The position numbers were made by a program, and so were the translations under genes. Below, one piece after another: positions 19,750-27,806 of a stretch of DNA of 64,000 nt (position 1 is its first letter; every line of letters starts with the position of its first letter). The DNA lies in contig CBDCTZ010000016.1 in NCBI GenBank assembly GCA_965222375.1, positions 2,176,001 through 2,240,000 of the forward strand, in the 5' to 3' direction. Under the pieces are notes generated by a model, which had not been told where the DNA came from, did not search any database, and saw only the letters and a program-made list of their open reading frames with translations. The stretch is from Polyangiaceae bacterium (GTDB taxonomy: Bacteria; Myxococcota_A; Polyangia; Polyangiales; Polyangiaceae).

Positions 19750-20013
19750 ACCGGCACAAGCTGCACGCGTTCAGCGGCCCACCGAGATGTGATGGGGTGG
19801 CTCGTGACCTGGTAGGTAGCCGCCGAGGCGTCTTTCGGATGCGGAGGGCTGCCATGGTGGCCGTTCTGCATACGGTGTTCGCTTGGGCGCCGGACGCGCG
19901 AGCGATGGCTTTGCGCGAGGCGACAGTGGCTGTCTCCTCATTAACGAGGTCACCGGAAACCGGGCCTCAATCAACAGACGCGCTCAAAGGCGCAGTGATT
20001 AGAGGAGACAGCC

Positions 20014-21042
20014 ATGGAGCATATTGGAGTCGATCTGGGTGGAAAACAATCGCAGGTGTGTGTGCGGGCCGCGGACGAAGGAATTCTGCTGGAGAAGAGG
20101 ATCGCGACCAGCAGTTTGATGTGCTTCTTTCAGCACCAGCCCAAGAGCCGAATTGTACTGGAAACGTGTTCGGAAGCATTCCGAGTCGCCGACTGGGCTC
20201 TGGAATGTGGACACGAGGTGCGTGTGGTCCCAGCAACGTTGGTGCGCAGTTTGGGGGTCGGGGCTCGAGGCATCAAGACCGACCGGCGCGATGCGCAGGT
20301 CCTCAGCGAAGTCTCGTGCCGTATCGACTTGCCATCGGTGCACATCCCGGCGGAGCAGGCTCGCGACAGACGCACGATGTGCGCAATGCGCGAGCAACTG
20401 CTTGGTGCACGCACGGCATTGGCAAATGCAGTGCAAGGCTGGAGGCGTACGCAACTGTTGAAAATGTGCTCCGGCGAGCCCACGACCTTGCCCACACGCC
20501 TCCGCGCTGCAGCCCTCGCTCATCCCGATGGATTGCCGCAGCACGTCGAGCGTCTTTTGCAGGCCATCGAAGCTCTCAACGTGCAGATCAAGGAAGCCAA
20601 CGAGGAGCTCAGGGCCCTGGCGAAGAAGGACCCAGTCTGTCAGCGTCTCATGACGGTGCCCGGTATCGGTCCGGCAACCAGCATGCGCTTTGTGGCAGCA
20701 CTCGACGACAGGACACGTTTTCCGAGCGCTCACTCTGTCGAAGCCTTTCTTGGGCTGACTCCGGGCGAGAAATCCAGCGGCGATCGTCAGCAACGGCTCG
20801 GGATCACCAAGGCCGGACCGGCGATGGTGCGCACCAACTTGGTGCAGGCGGCGTGGACCTTTCGGCGTACACGGCCCAACGACCCAATGTCCAAGTGGGC
20901 AGAGCAAATCGAGCAACGCCGTGGCAAATTCATCGCTACCGTGGCGTTGGCCCGCAAACTAGCTGGCGTGCTCTTCGCGTTGTGGCGCGACGGCTCTGTA
21001 TACGAGCTCAACCATCGAAAGGCAGCGCAAACCGTGGCGTAG
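20014..21042 (+). CDS. IS110 DEDD recombinase/transposase, apparently intact
   Basis: IGVDLG, VLET, KTDRRDA (DEDD); VPGIG; GLTPGEKSSG catalytic-Ser loop; VALARKLA; GAGGAG RBS. Confidence 0.95.
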   Translation: MEHIGVDLGGKQSQVCVRAADEGILLEKRIATSSLMCFFQHQPKSRIVLETCSEAFRVADWALECGHEVRVVPATLVRSLGVGARGIKTDRRDAQVLSEVSCRIDLPSVHIPAEQARDRRTMCAMREQLLGARTALANAVQGWRRTQLLKMCSGEPTTLPTRLRAAALAHPDGLPQHVERLLQAIEALNVQIKEANEELRALAKKDPVCQRLMTVPGIGPATSMRFVAALDDRTRFPSAHSVEAFLGLTPGEKSSGDRQQRLGITKAGPAMVRTNLVQAAWTFRRTRPNDPMSKWAEQIEQRRGKFIATVALARKLAGVLFALWRDGSVYELNHRKAAQTVA

Positions 21043-21099
21043 AAAACCTCCAGACTCCGGCAGCCCACAAGGTTGACCTGAGAAAGCCAATCAACGGCT

Positions 21100-21340
21100 G
21101 TCCAGAGGCGGTGAGCGCGTTACTCTCGCTCCAGGCGTCCAGCGAAAGCTGGCCACGACCTTGTCACGGCGATTGCGCCCCGCCAACGGACCTCCACCTA
21201 TGCGCCATTGCGAGCGCGAATAGTCGATTCAGACAGCCCGTTCTTGGTTTCCTCGTCTTCCGACAAGCCACGACCGCGAATAGTCGATTCAGACAGCCTG
21301 AGCTGGACTTTCTCCCCAACCAACGCGCTGCCGACGAAGA
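21100..21340 (+). ncRNA. Predicted bridge/seek RNA in the IS110 right end; boundaries approximate
   Basis: TACTCTCG (21121-28) is the reverse complement of the target CGAGAGTA; ATAGTCGA (21220-27, 21280-87) equals the donor junction; GAAA tetraloop hairpin CCAGC-GAAA-GCTGG. Confidence 0.65.
21215..21298 (+). repeat. 24-bp perfect direct repeat with 60-nt period (CGCGAATAGTCGATTCAGACAGCC)
   Basis: Copies at 21215-21238 and 21275-21298. Confidence 0.95.
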
Positions 21341-21451
21341 ACTCCCCTCTACCTCAGGGCGACGGACCACTTTGTTCTGGACGGACAGGCCACCCCATAG
21401 TCGAGAGTAGCGGCCCTACCTGCCCAAACGCCGCGACCCCAACCAAACCCA

Positions 21452-21489
21452 CAAAAGAGAAAAGGCCCGGCTCTTTCGAGCCCGGGCCT
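21452..21489 (-). terminator. Intrinsic terminator of the RRM gene
   Basis: Minus-strand hairpin AGGCCCGGGCTC-GAAA-GAGCCGGGCCT followed by TTTCTCTTTT. Confidence 0.8.
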
Positions 21490-21510
21490 CAGTTTCTCGT
21501 TGCGCGAAGC

Positions 21511-21873
21511 TTACCAGTCGTCTCGGCGACCACCGCCGCCACCACGTCCGCCGCGTCCACCGCCGCGTCCGCCGCCTCCGCCACCACCGCGGAAGCCGCC
21601 ACCGCCGCCGCCGCCACCACGCGGGCGTCGCTCTTCGGCTTCGTTCACACGCAAGGCGCGCCCCTCTAGGTCGGTGCCATTCATGGCATCCATCGCCTTG
21701 CGTGCATCTTCGGGTGTGGCCATCTGTACGAAGGCAAAGCCCCGCGAACGTCCTGTTTCGCGGTCCAGAATCAGCTTCACCTCTGCAACTTCACCGAACT
21801 CGGCGAAGGTGCGCTGCAATGTATCTTCAGTCGTGTGGAATGCCAGGTTCCCGACGTATAGCTTCGTGCTCAT
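21511..21873 (-). CDS. RRM RNA-binding protein with a Gly/Arg-rich tail
   Basis: RNP2 LYVGNL, RNP1 RGFAFVQM, RGG tail. Confidence 0.95.
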   Translation of the reverse strand: MSTKLYVGNLAFHTTEDTLQRTFAEFGEVAEVKLILDRETGRSRGFAFVQMATPEDARKAMDAMNGTDLEGRALRVNEAEERRPRGGGGGGGGFRGGGGGGGRGGGRGGRGGGGGRRDDW

Positions 21874-22196
21874 CTACCAACTCGTTCTTTGCTTGCGACT
21901 CTCGGAGAACCCGTGGCCGGGTATATTGGGACCTTTCAATCAGATGAGCCGCAGCTCCGAACGAAGGGTTCTAGCCTGAATGCTAGACTGGTCGCTCGTC
22001 GCCGGTGAGAGCCCCCTCAACCAAGAGGCGGGGATAGCTAGATCCAAGGCCCCAGAAACGTTCGCCCGTCCCGGATCTTCGCCCAGCCTGGCCGGCGCGC
22101 AAGGCGAAGATGAAAATTCAGCTAAATCCCTAGGATTCAACGAGTTTCTCCCGGCGATTTGGCCCCGTGCGGAGCCCGCAGCCCGGATCTCACCCT

Positions 22197-22982
22197 TTAG
22201 CCGACGCGATAACCAGTAACCAGCGCCTGCGCCAGCAGTCCCCAACCGTCCACCGCCACAAACAGCAGCAGCTTGAAGGGTAGGCTCACTTGAGTGGGAT
22301 TCATCATCTGCATGCCGAGCGCGAGCAATACGTTCGAGACGACGAGATCGATGATCAGAAAAGGCAAATAGATAGCGAAGCCCAAGGCGAAGGCCTCGAT
22401 CAGTTCGCTGATGACGAAAGCCGGAATCAAGACCACGAAGTCGTCGCGGCCAACGGCGCTGCGTTCGGCTTCCGGGCGCGCCATTCGAGCGATCTCGTAG
22501 AAGCGACTGCGCTCCCGCTCGGATGCGTTTGCCTTGAGAAAGTTGCGCAAGGGCCCACTCGTCGCGTCTACCAATCCACTGACGAGGGCGCTGGTGTCTT
22601 CGGTCTTGCCGTTCAGCAGCGGGCCGGCCCGATCTGCGATGCGAGAGCCGACTGGTGCCATGGCAAGCAGCGTCAGGGACGCGGACAGAGCCATGATCAC
22701 GGTATTGGAGGGTACGTTCTGTGCGCCGATGGCGCCTCGGACGATCTGCAGCACGGTGGAGATCTTCACGAATGCCGTCAGGGTCATGAACGCGAAGGGC
22801 AGCAGGGTGACCAGGGCGAGAGCGACAACTAACGCGACCGGACGGGTCAAGAGATCGTCGGCTGCTTTGGCTGGTTGGGCTGTGGCCAGGGTCGGGCTCA
22901 GCACAGCCACGAAAAACGCCCCGCTACTCATCAGCGCGCGGTGGATCTTCGCCCGAGGGCGGGTCTTTGGCTGGCTCCCCAT
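22197..22982 (-). CDS. fliP: FliP/SctR type III export gate protein
   Basis: TAFVKISTVLQIVRGAIG, PAFVISEL..AF..GF..YLPFLIIDLVVSNVLLALGM, SLPFKLLLFV.VDGW; start uncertain. Confidence 0.9.
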   Translation of the reverse strand: MGSQPKTRPRAKIHRALMSSGAFFVAVLSPTLATAQPAKAADDLLTRPVALVVALALVTLLPFAFMTLTAFVKISTVLQIVRGAIGAQNVPSNTVIMALSASLTLLAMAPVGSRIADRAGPLLNGKTEDTSALVSGLVDATSGPLRNFLKANASERERSRFYEIARMARPEAERSAVGRDDFVVLIPAFVISELIEAFALGFAIYLPFLIIDLVVSNVLLALGMQMMNPTQVSLPFKLLLFVAVDGWGLLAQALVTGYRVG

Positions 22983-23105
22983 CAGCGTTCGGCGCGAGCC
23001 TAGGCCCCCGAGCCCATGGAGGGGAAGGCATCCGGGAAATCGCCCGGGATTTCCGAAGCCTGGCGCGGGAAGTTCCGCCTCCCTGGCGACGTAAGGGGGG
23101 GCGAG

Positions 23106-23492
23106 ATGGGACACGTGCGCGCGCTGGCTGCTCTGGATCTGATTCTGGCCACGCTCTTCCTCATCGGCGGTGCGTGCTTCTTCGGGTTCTACGCGTTGGG
23201 TGCACACTTGGCGCCGGAGCCGTGGCTGGAGAGCCTGCTGCTCGGGGTGGGCGCCATCGCGGGCGCAGCCTTGATGGCGCTTGGGGTCTTGCTGGGATTG
23301 GCTGGTGCGCTGCTGTTAGGCGGCCCAAGGCCCTCGAGCCGCTTGGTTCAAACCGTGTCGGTGGCCCCGCACATCATCAACATGCCCTTCGGCACGGCGT
23401 TCGCCCTGTACGCGATTTGGGTGTGTTGGATGAACGAACCCACCAAGACTCTGTTCGAGAAGCCTCCGGAACCGTTGCCCTTCAGCGCGTAG
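23106..23492 (+). CDS. Small multi-TM membrane protein
   Basis: Hydrophobic segments, PFGTAFALYAIWV motif. Confidence 0.7.
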   Translation: MGHVRALAALDLILATLFLIGGACFFGFYALGAHLAPEPWLESLLLGVGAIAGAALMALGVLLGLAGALLLGGPRPSSRLVQTVSVAPHIINMPFGTAFALYAIWVCWMNEPTKTLFEKPPEPLPFSA

Positions 23493-23515
23493 CTCGCCGA
23501 TGCGCGTTGCCGGCG

Positions 23516-23965
23516 TCAGGCGGCGCTGTTGCGATGGCGCTTGCCATCTTCGGAAGGTCCAGAACCTTCCTCGTCGCTTTGGGCGGCGTCATCCTGTGGC
23601 AGGATGCTCTCGGTTTCGTCGCCCTCCGGCGAGTCCGAGCTGCGCTTGTTGAGCACGCGGCTGAGCACTTCGGAAAACGCGTTACTGGTTTCGGCGGGAG
23701 CGGTCAGCTCCATGCCTTCGTCGTTCAGCTCGCCGAGCTTGGACAAGCCTGCTTCGCTGCCGCCGACGACGAAGACCTTGGCGCCGACACGCACCAGGTA
23801 GATGGCGCGCCGCCCGTCCAGTGGGAGGCGCCCCACCAAAGACAAGGGCCCGCCAGGTTTGCCCACGCCGACGCGTCGCGCGGCATACAGCACCAACACC
23901 GCCAGGGCGATGATCGCGAGCAACGTGACCGTGGTTTCCACCACGTAGCGGGCAACTGGTGACAT
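23516..23965 (-). CDS. fliO: FliO-like flagellar/T3SS biogenesis protein
   Basis: N-terminal TM followed by LVGRLPLDGRRAIYLVRVG..VFVVG; lies near fliP. Confidence 0.8.
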   Translation of the reverse strand: MSPVARYVVETTVTLLAIIALAVLVLYAARRVGVGKPGGPLSLVGRLPLDGRRAIYLVRVGAKVFVVGGSEAGLSKLGELNDEGMELTAPAETSNAFSEVLSRVLNKRSSDSPEGDETESILPQDDAAQSDEEGSGPSEDGKRHRNSAA

Positions 23966-24026
23966 CCCGCGGCCAGCCTTGCCACGGCGCTCCAGCCCCG
24001 ACAACTCGCCAAGCGTGGTTTCCGGG

Positions 24027-24400
24027 CTAGGGAAAGGCGTCCAGGAGCTTGCGCGTGGTTTCCAGTAGGCGATCCACCGTCGGCGCGTCAAAGCGAGCCG
24101 GTTCTTGGGTCAAGGCTACGCGCCCAGGGCGCGTCTCCATGATGCCGGTGAAGCCCGAGTTCACTAGGAATTGACGCACCGCTGTGGGCAGCGCGAGGGC
24201 CGCCTCTTGGGGGGAGGGTGCGCGGACGTCGAACTTCGATTCGAACCACTGGTCGCCGAGCACCGGTGCGTCTTTGGGCTTGGCCGTGACAAAAGAGTCC
24301 AGCACCTTCAAGCCTCGCGATAGGCCTTCGCCCAAGCTGGTCAGCTTCTTTCCAGAGACTCTGCGCTCACGAGGCCATCCTACCTCACTGGCGCAGGCCC
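24027..24400 (-). pseudogene. 3' fragment of a hypothetical gene
   Basis: Protein-like frame (GDQWFESKFDV...) with no ATG or RBS. Confidence 0.35.
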
Positions 24401-24426
24401 TTGTCGTGCGCGCCGTGCTCGAAAGC

Positions 24427-26289
24427 TCAACCGCGGCGTCGTCGAAGGCCGAGCAGTCCCAGCAGCAAGAGCGCCACCGCGCCTCGGGGGGAGCTTGATG
24501 TCACCCGGCAGCCGCAGCCGCCTTCATCCTCGGAGCCACCCGGCCCAACACTCGCGTTGCCCCCGCCGCCGAAGCCCGAGGTTGCCGCTGAGCCCCCGCC
24601 CGCGGCGGCGCCGCCGCCCGCACCAAATCCAGCGCCTCCCGTCAAACCGCTGCCAGCAAAGCCTGCGCTAGCGCCGTTGCCGGCGCTACCCCCGCTGCCC
24701 GTTGCGCCTCCCGTTCCCCCGCTGCCCGTCAGGCACGGGTTGGCGTTGTCATAATTCCAAGCGTTGGCGATGAACACGGCCGCCTCGCCTCTAGACGCGT
24801 CGTCGTCGGGACAGAACTTGTCCGTGCCGCAGCCGGAGAACACGCACTTGTCTTTGAGGGTCTCGATGTCTTTGTAGAAGGTGTGGTTCTTTGGAGTGTC
24901 GACAGGGAAGCTTGGTGTGGCGGGGTCGAGCAAATTCCAGCCTTGGGCGCGGCGAATGAACGCAGCGAGCTGGCCGCGAGTCACTGGGTCGGCCGGGCAG
25001 AATTTGCCCCCACCGCAACCGCTGGTGATGCCCGCTTTGACCGCTGCTTCGATGAATTTGTAGAAGCTAGACCCCTTGGCGACGTCGCTGAAGGTTGCGG
25101 TCGCCGGCGGGTTCGTCGTGTCGAGACCTGCCGCGCGTACGATGAAGGTCGCGGCCTGCGCGCGGGTCAGCCCGCAGTTGGGACAGAACAAGCTCGGCGT
25201 GGTGGAGCAGCCGTTCGTGATCTTCTGGTTCTTCAGGCTGATCGCGGCGTCAAAAGCGAAGGAACCCTTGGGCATGTCTTTGAAGACTTGAGCCGCCGCG
25301 CCGGGAATCGGTGTTGGGAAGCAGCCGCCAGGCACGAAGCAACTCCCTGGCACCTTGCTTTTCCCACCCGCGGCGGTGGCGTGCACGCCCCAGTGGTTCG
25401 CGACGGCGCGGATCCCGTTGCCGAAGTTGTTTCCACTCGCGTTGTTGACGTAGCTCTGGTTGGCAAACCACATCGCCGTGGAGCCACCACCGTCGATGTT
25501 GAAAGCCTCCCAAGCCCCCAACTTGCCCATCAGTTCCGCGAGCTCCGAGCCGTACATTCCCGCGCTCGAACTCGTCCGCCCGTCCACGGCTACCAAGATG
25601 AAGGTCTTGCGGTCCTTGGTCAGGCCCATCGCGGTCCGGGGGTAGCGCGCTTTGGTCATGTCGCCGCGATCCGGAAAGCAGGTCGAGGCCGTCGGTGAGC
25701 TGCAGGTATAGACTTGGCCTTCAATCACCAGCTCGGGAAAACCGCTGACCAGAGCCAAGGTGCCCTTGGGGATCTCCGTGGTGACTTCGCCGGGCTTGAA
25801 GCCGAACTTGATGTCGAACTTGTTGTTGTCGACGAGCTTGGTGCGCTCCGTGTGGGTGAACTCGACCCAGTCCTTACCGAAGGCGATCCAGCCGTAGCGC
25901 TTGTAGTACCACTTGGTCGGCTGACTATTGCCCGTCTTGGCGAAGGGCCAGGGCACGCCGCCGCCTACCGCATCGCCATACACTTGGGTGCCGGCGAAGA
26001 AGTCGCCGTTTACGGCGAACTGTGCCCCGATGCCGCTGCCCCAAGACCCGGGTGTCTTCACGGAGGTTGCAGGTTTGGTTGCGGCCACGTGGATGTAGTT
26101 GTTGCACAGTGCGATCTTGGCGACGTAGATGCGATTGGTGGGCCCAGATTCCACCCGCTTGATCAGCTCGATTCCAGGGTAGGGGTTGCTCTTGGTCTCC
26201 GACACCAATGTGCCACCATGAGCAGAACTTGAGGCGAAGACACCCGCAACTCCAAAGACACTGGCAACACCAATCACGATCCGGCGCAT
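24427..26289 (-). CDS. Phosphodiester glycosidase (NAGPA/DUF2233) + 3 SLH domains + MYXO-CTERM surface protein
   Basis: AVNGDFF, YPRTAMG, VDGR, NIDGGGST; three SLH repeats (FSDV..GITSG..FCP..TRGQ); GGCGC-TM-RRRRG tail. Confidence 0.85.
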   Translation of the reverse strand: MRRIVIGVASVFGVAGVFASSSAHGGTLVSETKSNPYPGIELIKRVESGPTNRIYVAKIALCNNYIHVAATKPATSVKTPGSWGSGIGAQFAVNGDFFAGTQVYGDAVGGGVPWPFAKTGNSQPTKWYYKRYGWIAFGKDWVEFTHTERTKLVDNNKFDIKFGFKPGEVTTEIPKGTLALVSGFPELVIEGQVYTCSSPTASTCFPDRGDMTKARYPRTAMGLTKDRKTFILVAVDGRTSSSAGMYGSELAELMGKLGAWEAFNIDGGGSTAMWFANQSYVNNASGNNFGNGIRAVANHWGVHATAAGGKSKVPGSCFVPGGCFPTPIPGAAAQVFKDMPKGSFAFDAAISLKNQKITNGCSTTPSLFCPNCGLTRAQAATFIVRAAGLDTTNPPATATFSDVAKGSSFYKFIEAAVKAGITSGCGGGKFCPADPVTRGQLAAFIRRAQGWNLLDPATPSFPVDTPKNHTFYKDIETLKDKCVFSGCGTDKFCPDDDASRGEAAVFIANAWNYDNANPCLTGSGGTGGATGSGGSAGNGASAGFAGSGLTGGAGFGAGGGAAAGGGSAATSGFGGGGNASVGPGGSEDEGGCGCRVTSSSPRGAVALLLLGLLGLRRRRG

Positions 26290-26461
26290 GAGCAAATTAT
26301 CCCACGGTCCGCGGCGTTGGCCCTGGATTTCGCTGCGCCGGTAGAAAATCAGTGTGAGCGCTCGCTTCAGCATGACGAATTCGCCATCTCGGCTGCGTCT
26401 GCCCCGGGCCTGTGCGTGGTCGTTTGACCCACCGCACGAGAAGCGCTAGCCCCGGCGCCCA

Positions 26462-27694
26462 GTGGCACTGGTCGTTCAGAAATACGGCGGCACATCCGTC
26501 AAGAACCTGGAGCGCATGCGCGCCGTGGCGGAGCGCGCCCTGGCGACCCAAAAGGCGGGTCACCAGGTTGCAGTGATTGTCAGCGCCATGGCAGGTGAGA
26601 CGAACAAACTGCTCAAACTAGCTCACGAGATCTCGCCCACGCCCGACGCGCGAGAGCTGGATGCGCTCGCCTCCACGGGGGAGCAAGTCAGCGCTGCCCT
26701 GGTGTCCATGACGATTCACGCCCTCGGTGGTAGGGCCTGCAGCCTGCTGGGTCACCAGGTGCGCATGCAGACGGACGCGGCCTTCACCAAGGCTCGCATC
26801 CGCACCGTAGAGGGGTCCAAGGTTCGCTCCACGGTCCAAGACGGCTCGATTGCCGTGATCGCTGGCTTCCAGGGCATCGACCCTGAAGGAAACATCACCA
26901 CCCTGGGGCGGGGTGGCTCCGACACCAGCGCGGTGGCCATTGCGGCAGCGATCAAAGCAGACGTTTGCGAAATCTACACCGACGTGGAGGGCGTCTACAC
27001 CACCGACCCGAACGTTTGTCCCCTGGCCAAGAAGATCGAGCGCATCAGTTTCGAAGAAATGCTGGAGCTCGCATCCCTAGGTGCCAAGGTGCTGCAAATT
27101 CGCTCCGTAGAAGTGGGCATGAAATACGGAGTTCCGATCCACGTGCGGAGCTCATACTCGAACAACACAGGTACTATGGTGACAAGTGAAGAGGGCCTGG
27201 AGGCCGTTGTCGTCGCGGGCATCGCCTATGACAAAGGCGAAGCCAAGGTGCAGCTCATCAACGTGCCAGATCGACCCGGCATCGTCGGGAACGTTTTTGG
27301 CACCTTGGCGGATCAGAACGTGTCCGTGGACATGATCATCCAAAGCCCGTCCCGAGAAGGTGGCACCACGACGGATGTGACGTTTACGGTCGCGAAGACG
27401 GATCTGGCTCGTTGCAAGCACCTGATCGAGGAATGCGCACGGGAGATAGGCGGTGCTGCCATCGAATACGATCCCGACATCGTGAAGGTCAGCATCGTGG
27501 GGCTGGGCATGCGTTCTCACGCGGGCGTGGCTTCTCAGATGTTCAAGCTCCTCGCTGACGAGGGCATCAACATTCAAGGCATCACCACCAGCGAGATCAA
27601 GGTTAGCTGCATCATTCACTCGAAGTACACGGAACTGGCGGTGCGAGCACTGCACACCGGTTTCGGGCTAGACGCTGAACCTACGGCAGAGTGA
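26462..27694 (+). CDS. lysC: Aspartate kinase
   Basis: VQKYGGTSV, TTLGRGGSDTSA, IYTDVEG, two ACT domains. Confidence 0.97.
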   Translation: MALVVQKYGGTSVKNLERMRAVAERALATQKAGHQVAVIVSAMAGETNKLLKLAHEISPTPDARELDALASTGEQVSAALVSMTIHALGGRACSLLGHQVRMQTDAAFTKARIRTVEGSKVRSTVQDGSIAVIAGFQGIDPEGNITTLGRGGSDTSAVAIAAAIKADVCEIYTDVEGVYTTDPNVCPLAKKIERISFEEMLELASLGAKVLQIRSVEVGMKYGVPIHVRSSYSNNTGTMVTSEEGLEAVVVAGIAYDKGEAKVQLINVPDRPGIVGNVFGTLADQNVSVDMIIQSPSREGGTTTDVTFTVAKTDLARCKHLIEECAREIGGAAIEYDPDIVKVSIVGLGMRSHAGVASQMFKLLADEGINIQGITTSEIKVSCIIHSKYTELAVRALHTGFGLDAEPTAE

Positions 27695-27806
27695 TGAAAA
27701 CCCCTGACAATTTGCGGATACTGGCCGGAGACGCTGGCATCCCAGTCGCTTTCGACGCAACATTGGCTTTCGTGCTTGGGCCTTGCCCGCGAACTTTGGA
27801 GACCTC

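Larger units (their letters stand above)
19783..21406 (+). mobile_element. IS110-family element, IS1111-type
   Basis: Sub-terminal inverted repeats ATGGGGTGGC (19792-19801) / GCCACCCCAT (21389-21398); core CGAGA at both junctions (19783-19787, 21402-21406); DEDD recombinase inside. Confidence 0.9.

Noticed and set aside
21215..21298. Mini-CRISPR array (24-bp repeat, 36-bp spacer)
   Set aside because: Only two repeats and no cas genes in the window. The repeat lies inside the IS110 and contains the donor-junction sequence, which fits a bridge-RNA module better.
21378..21406. Circle-junction sigma70 promoter
   Set aside because: TGGACG could be a -35, but no acceptable -10 falls 16-18 nt downstream in the reconstructed junction.
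19797..21410. 537-aa ORF spanning the whole IS110
   Set aside because: Alternative frame of the transposase with an Arg/Ala-rich, motif-less translation; long shadow ORFs are expected at this GC content.
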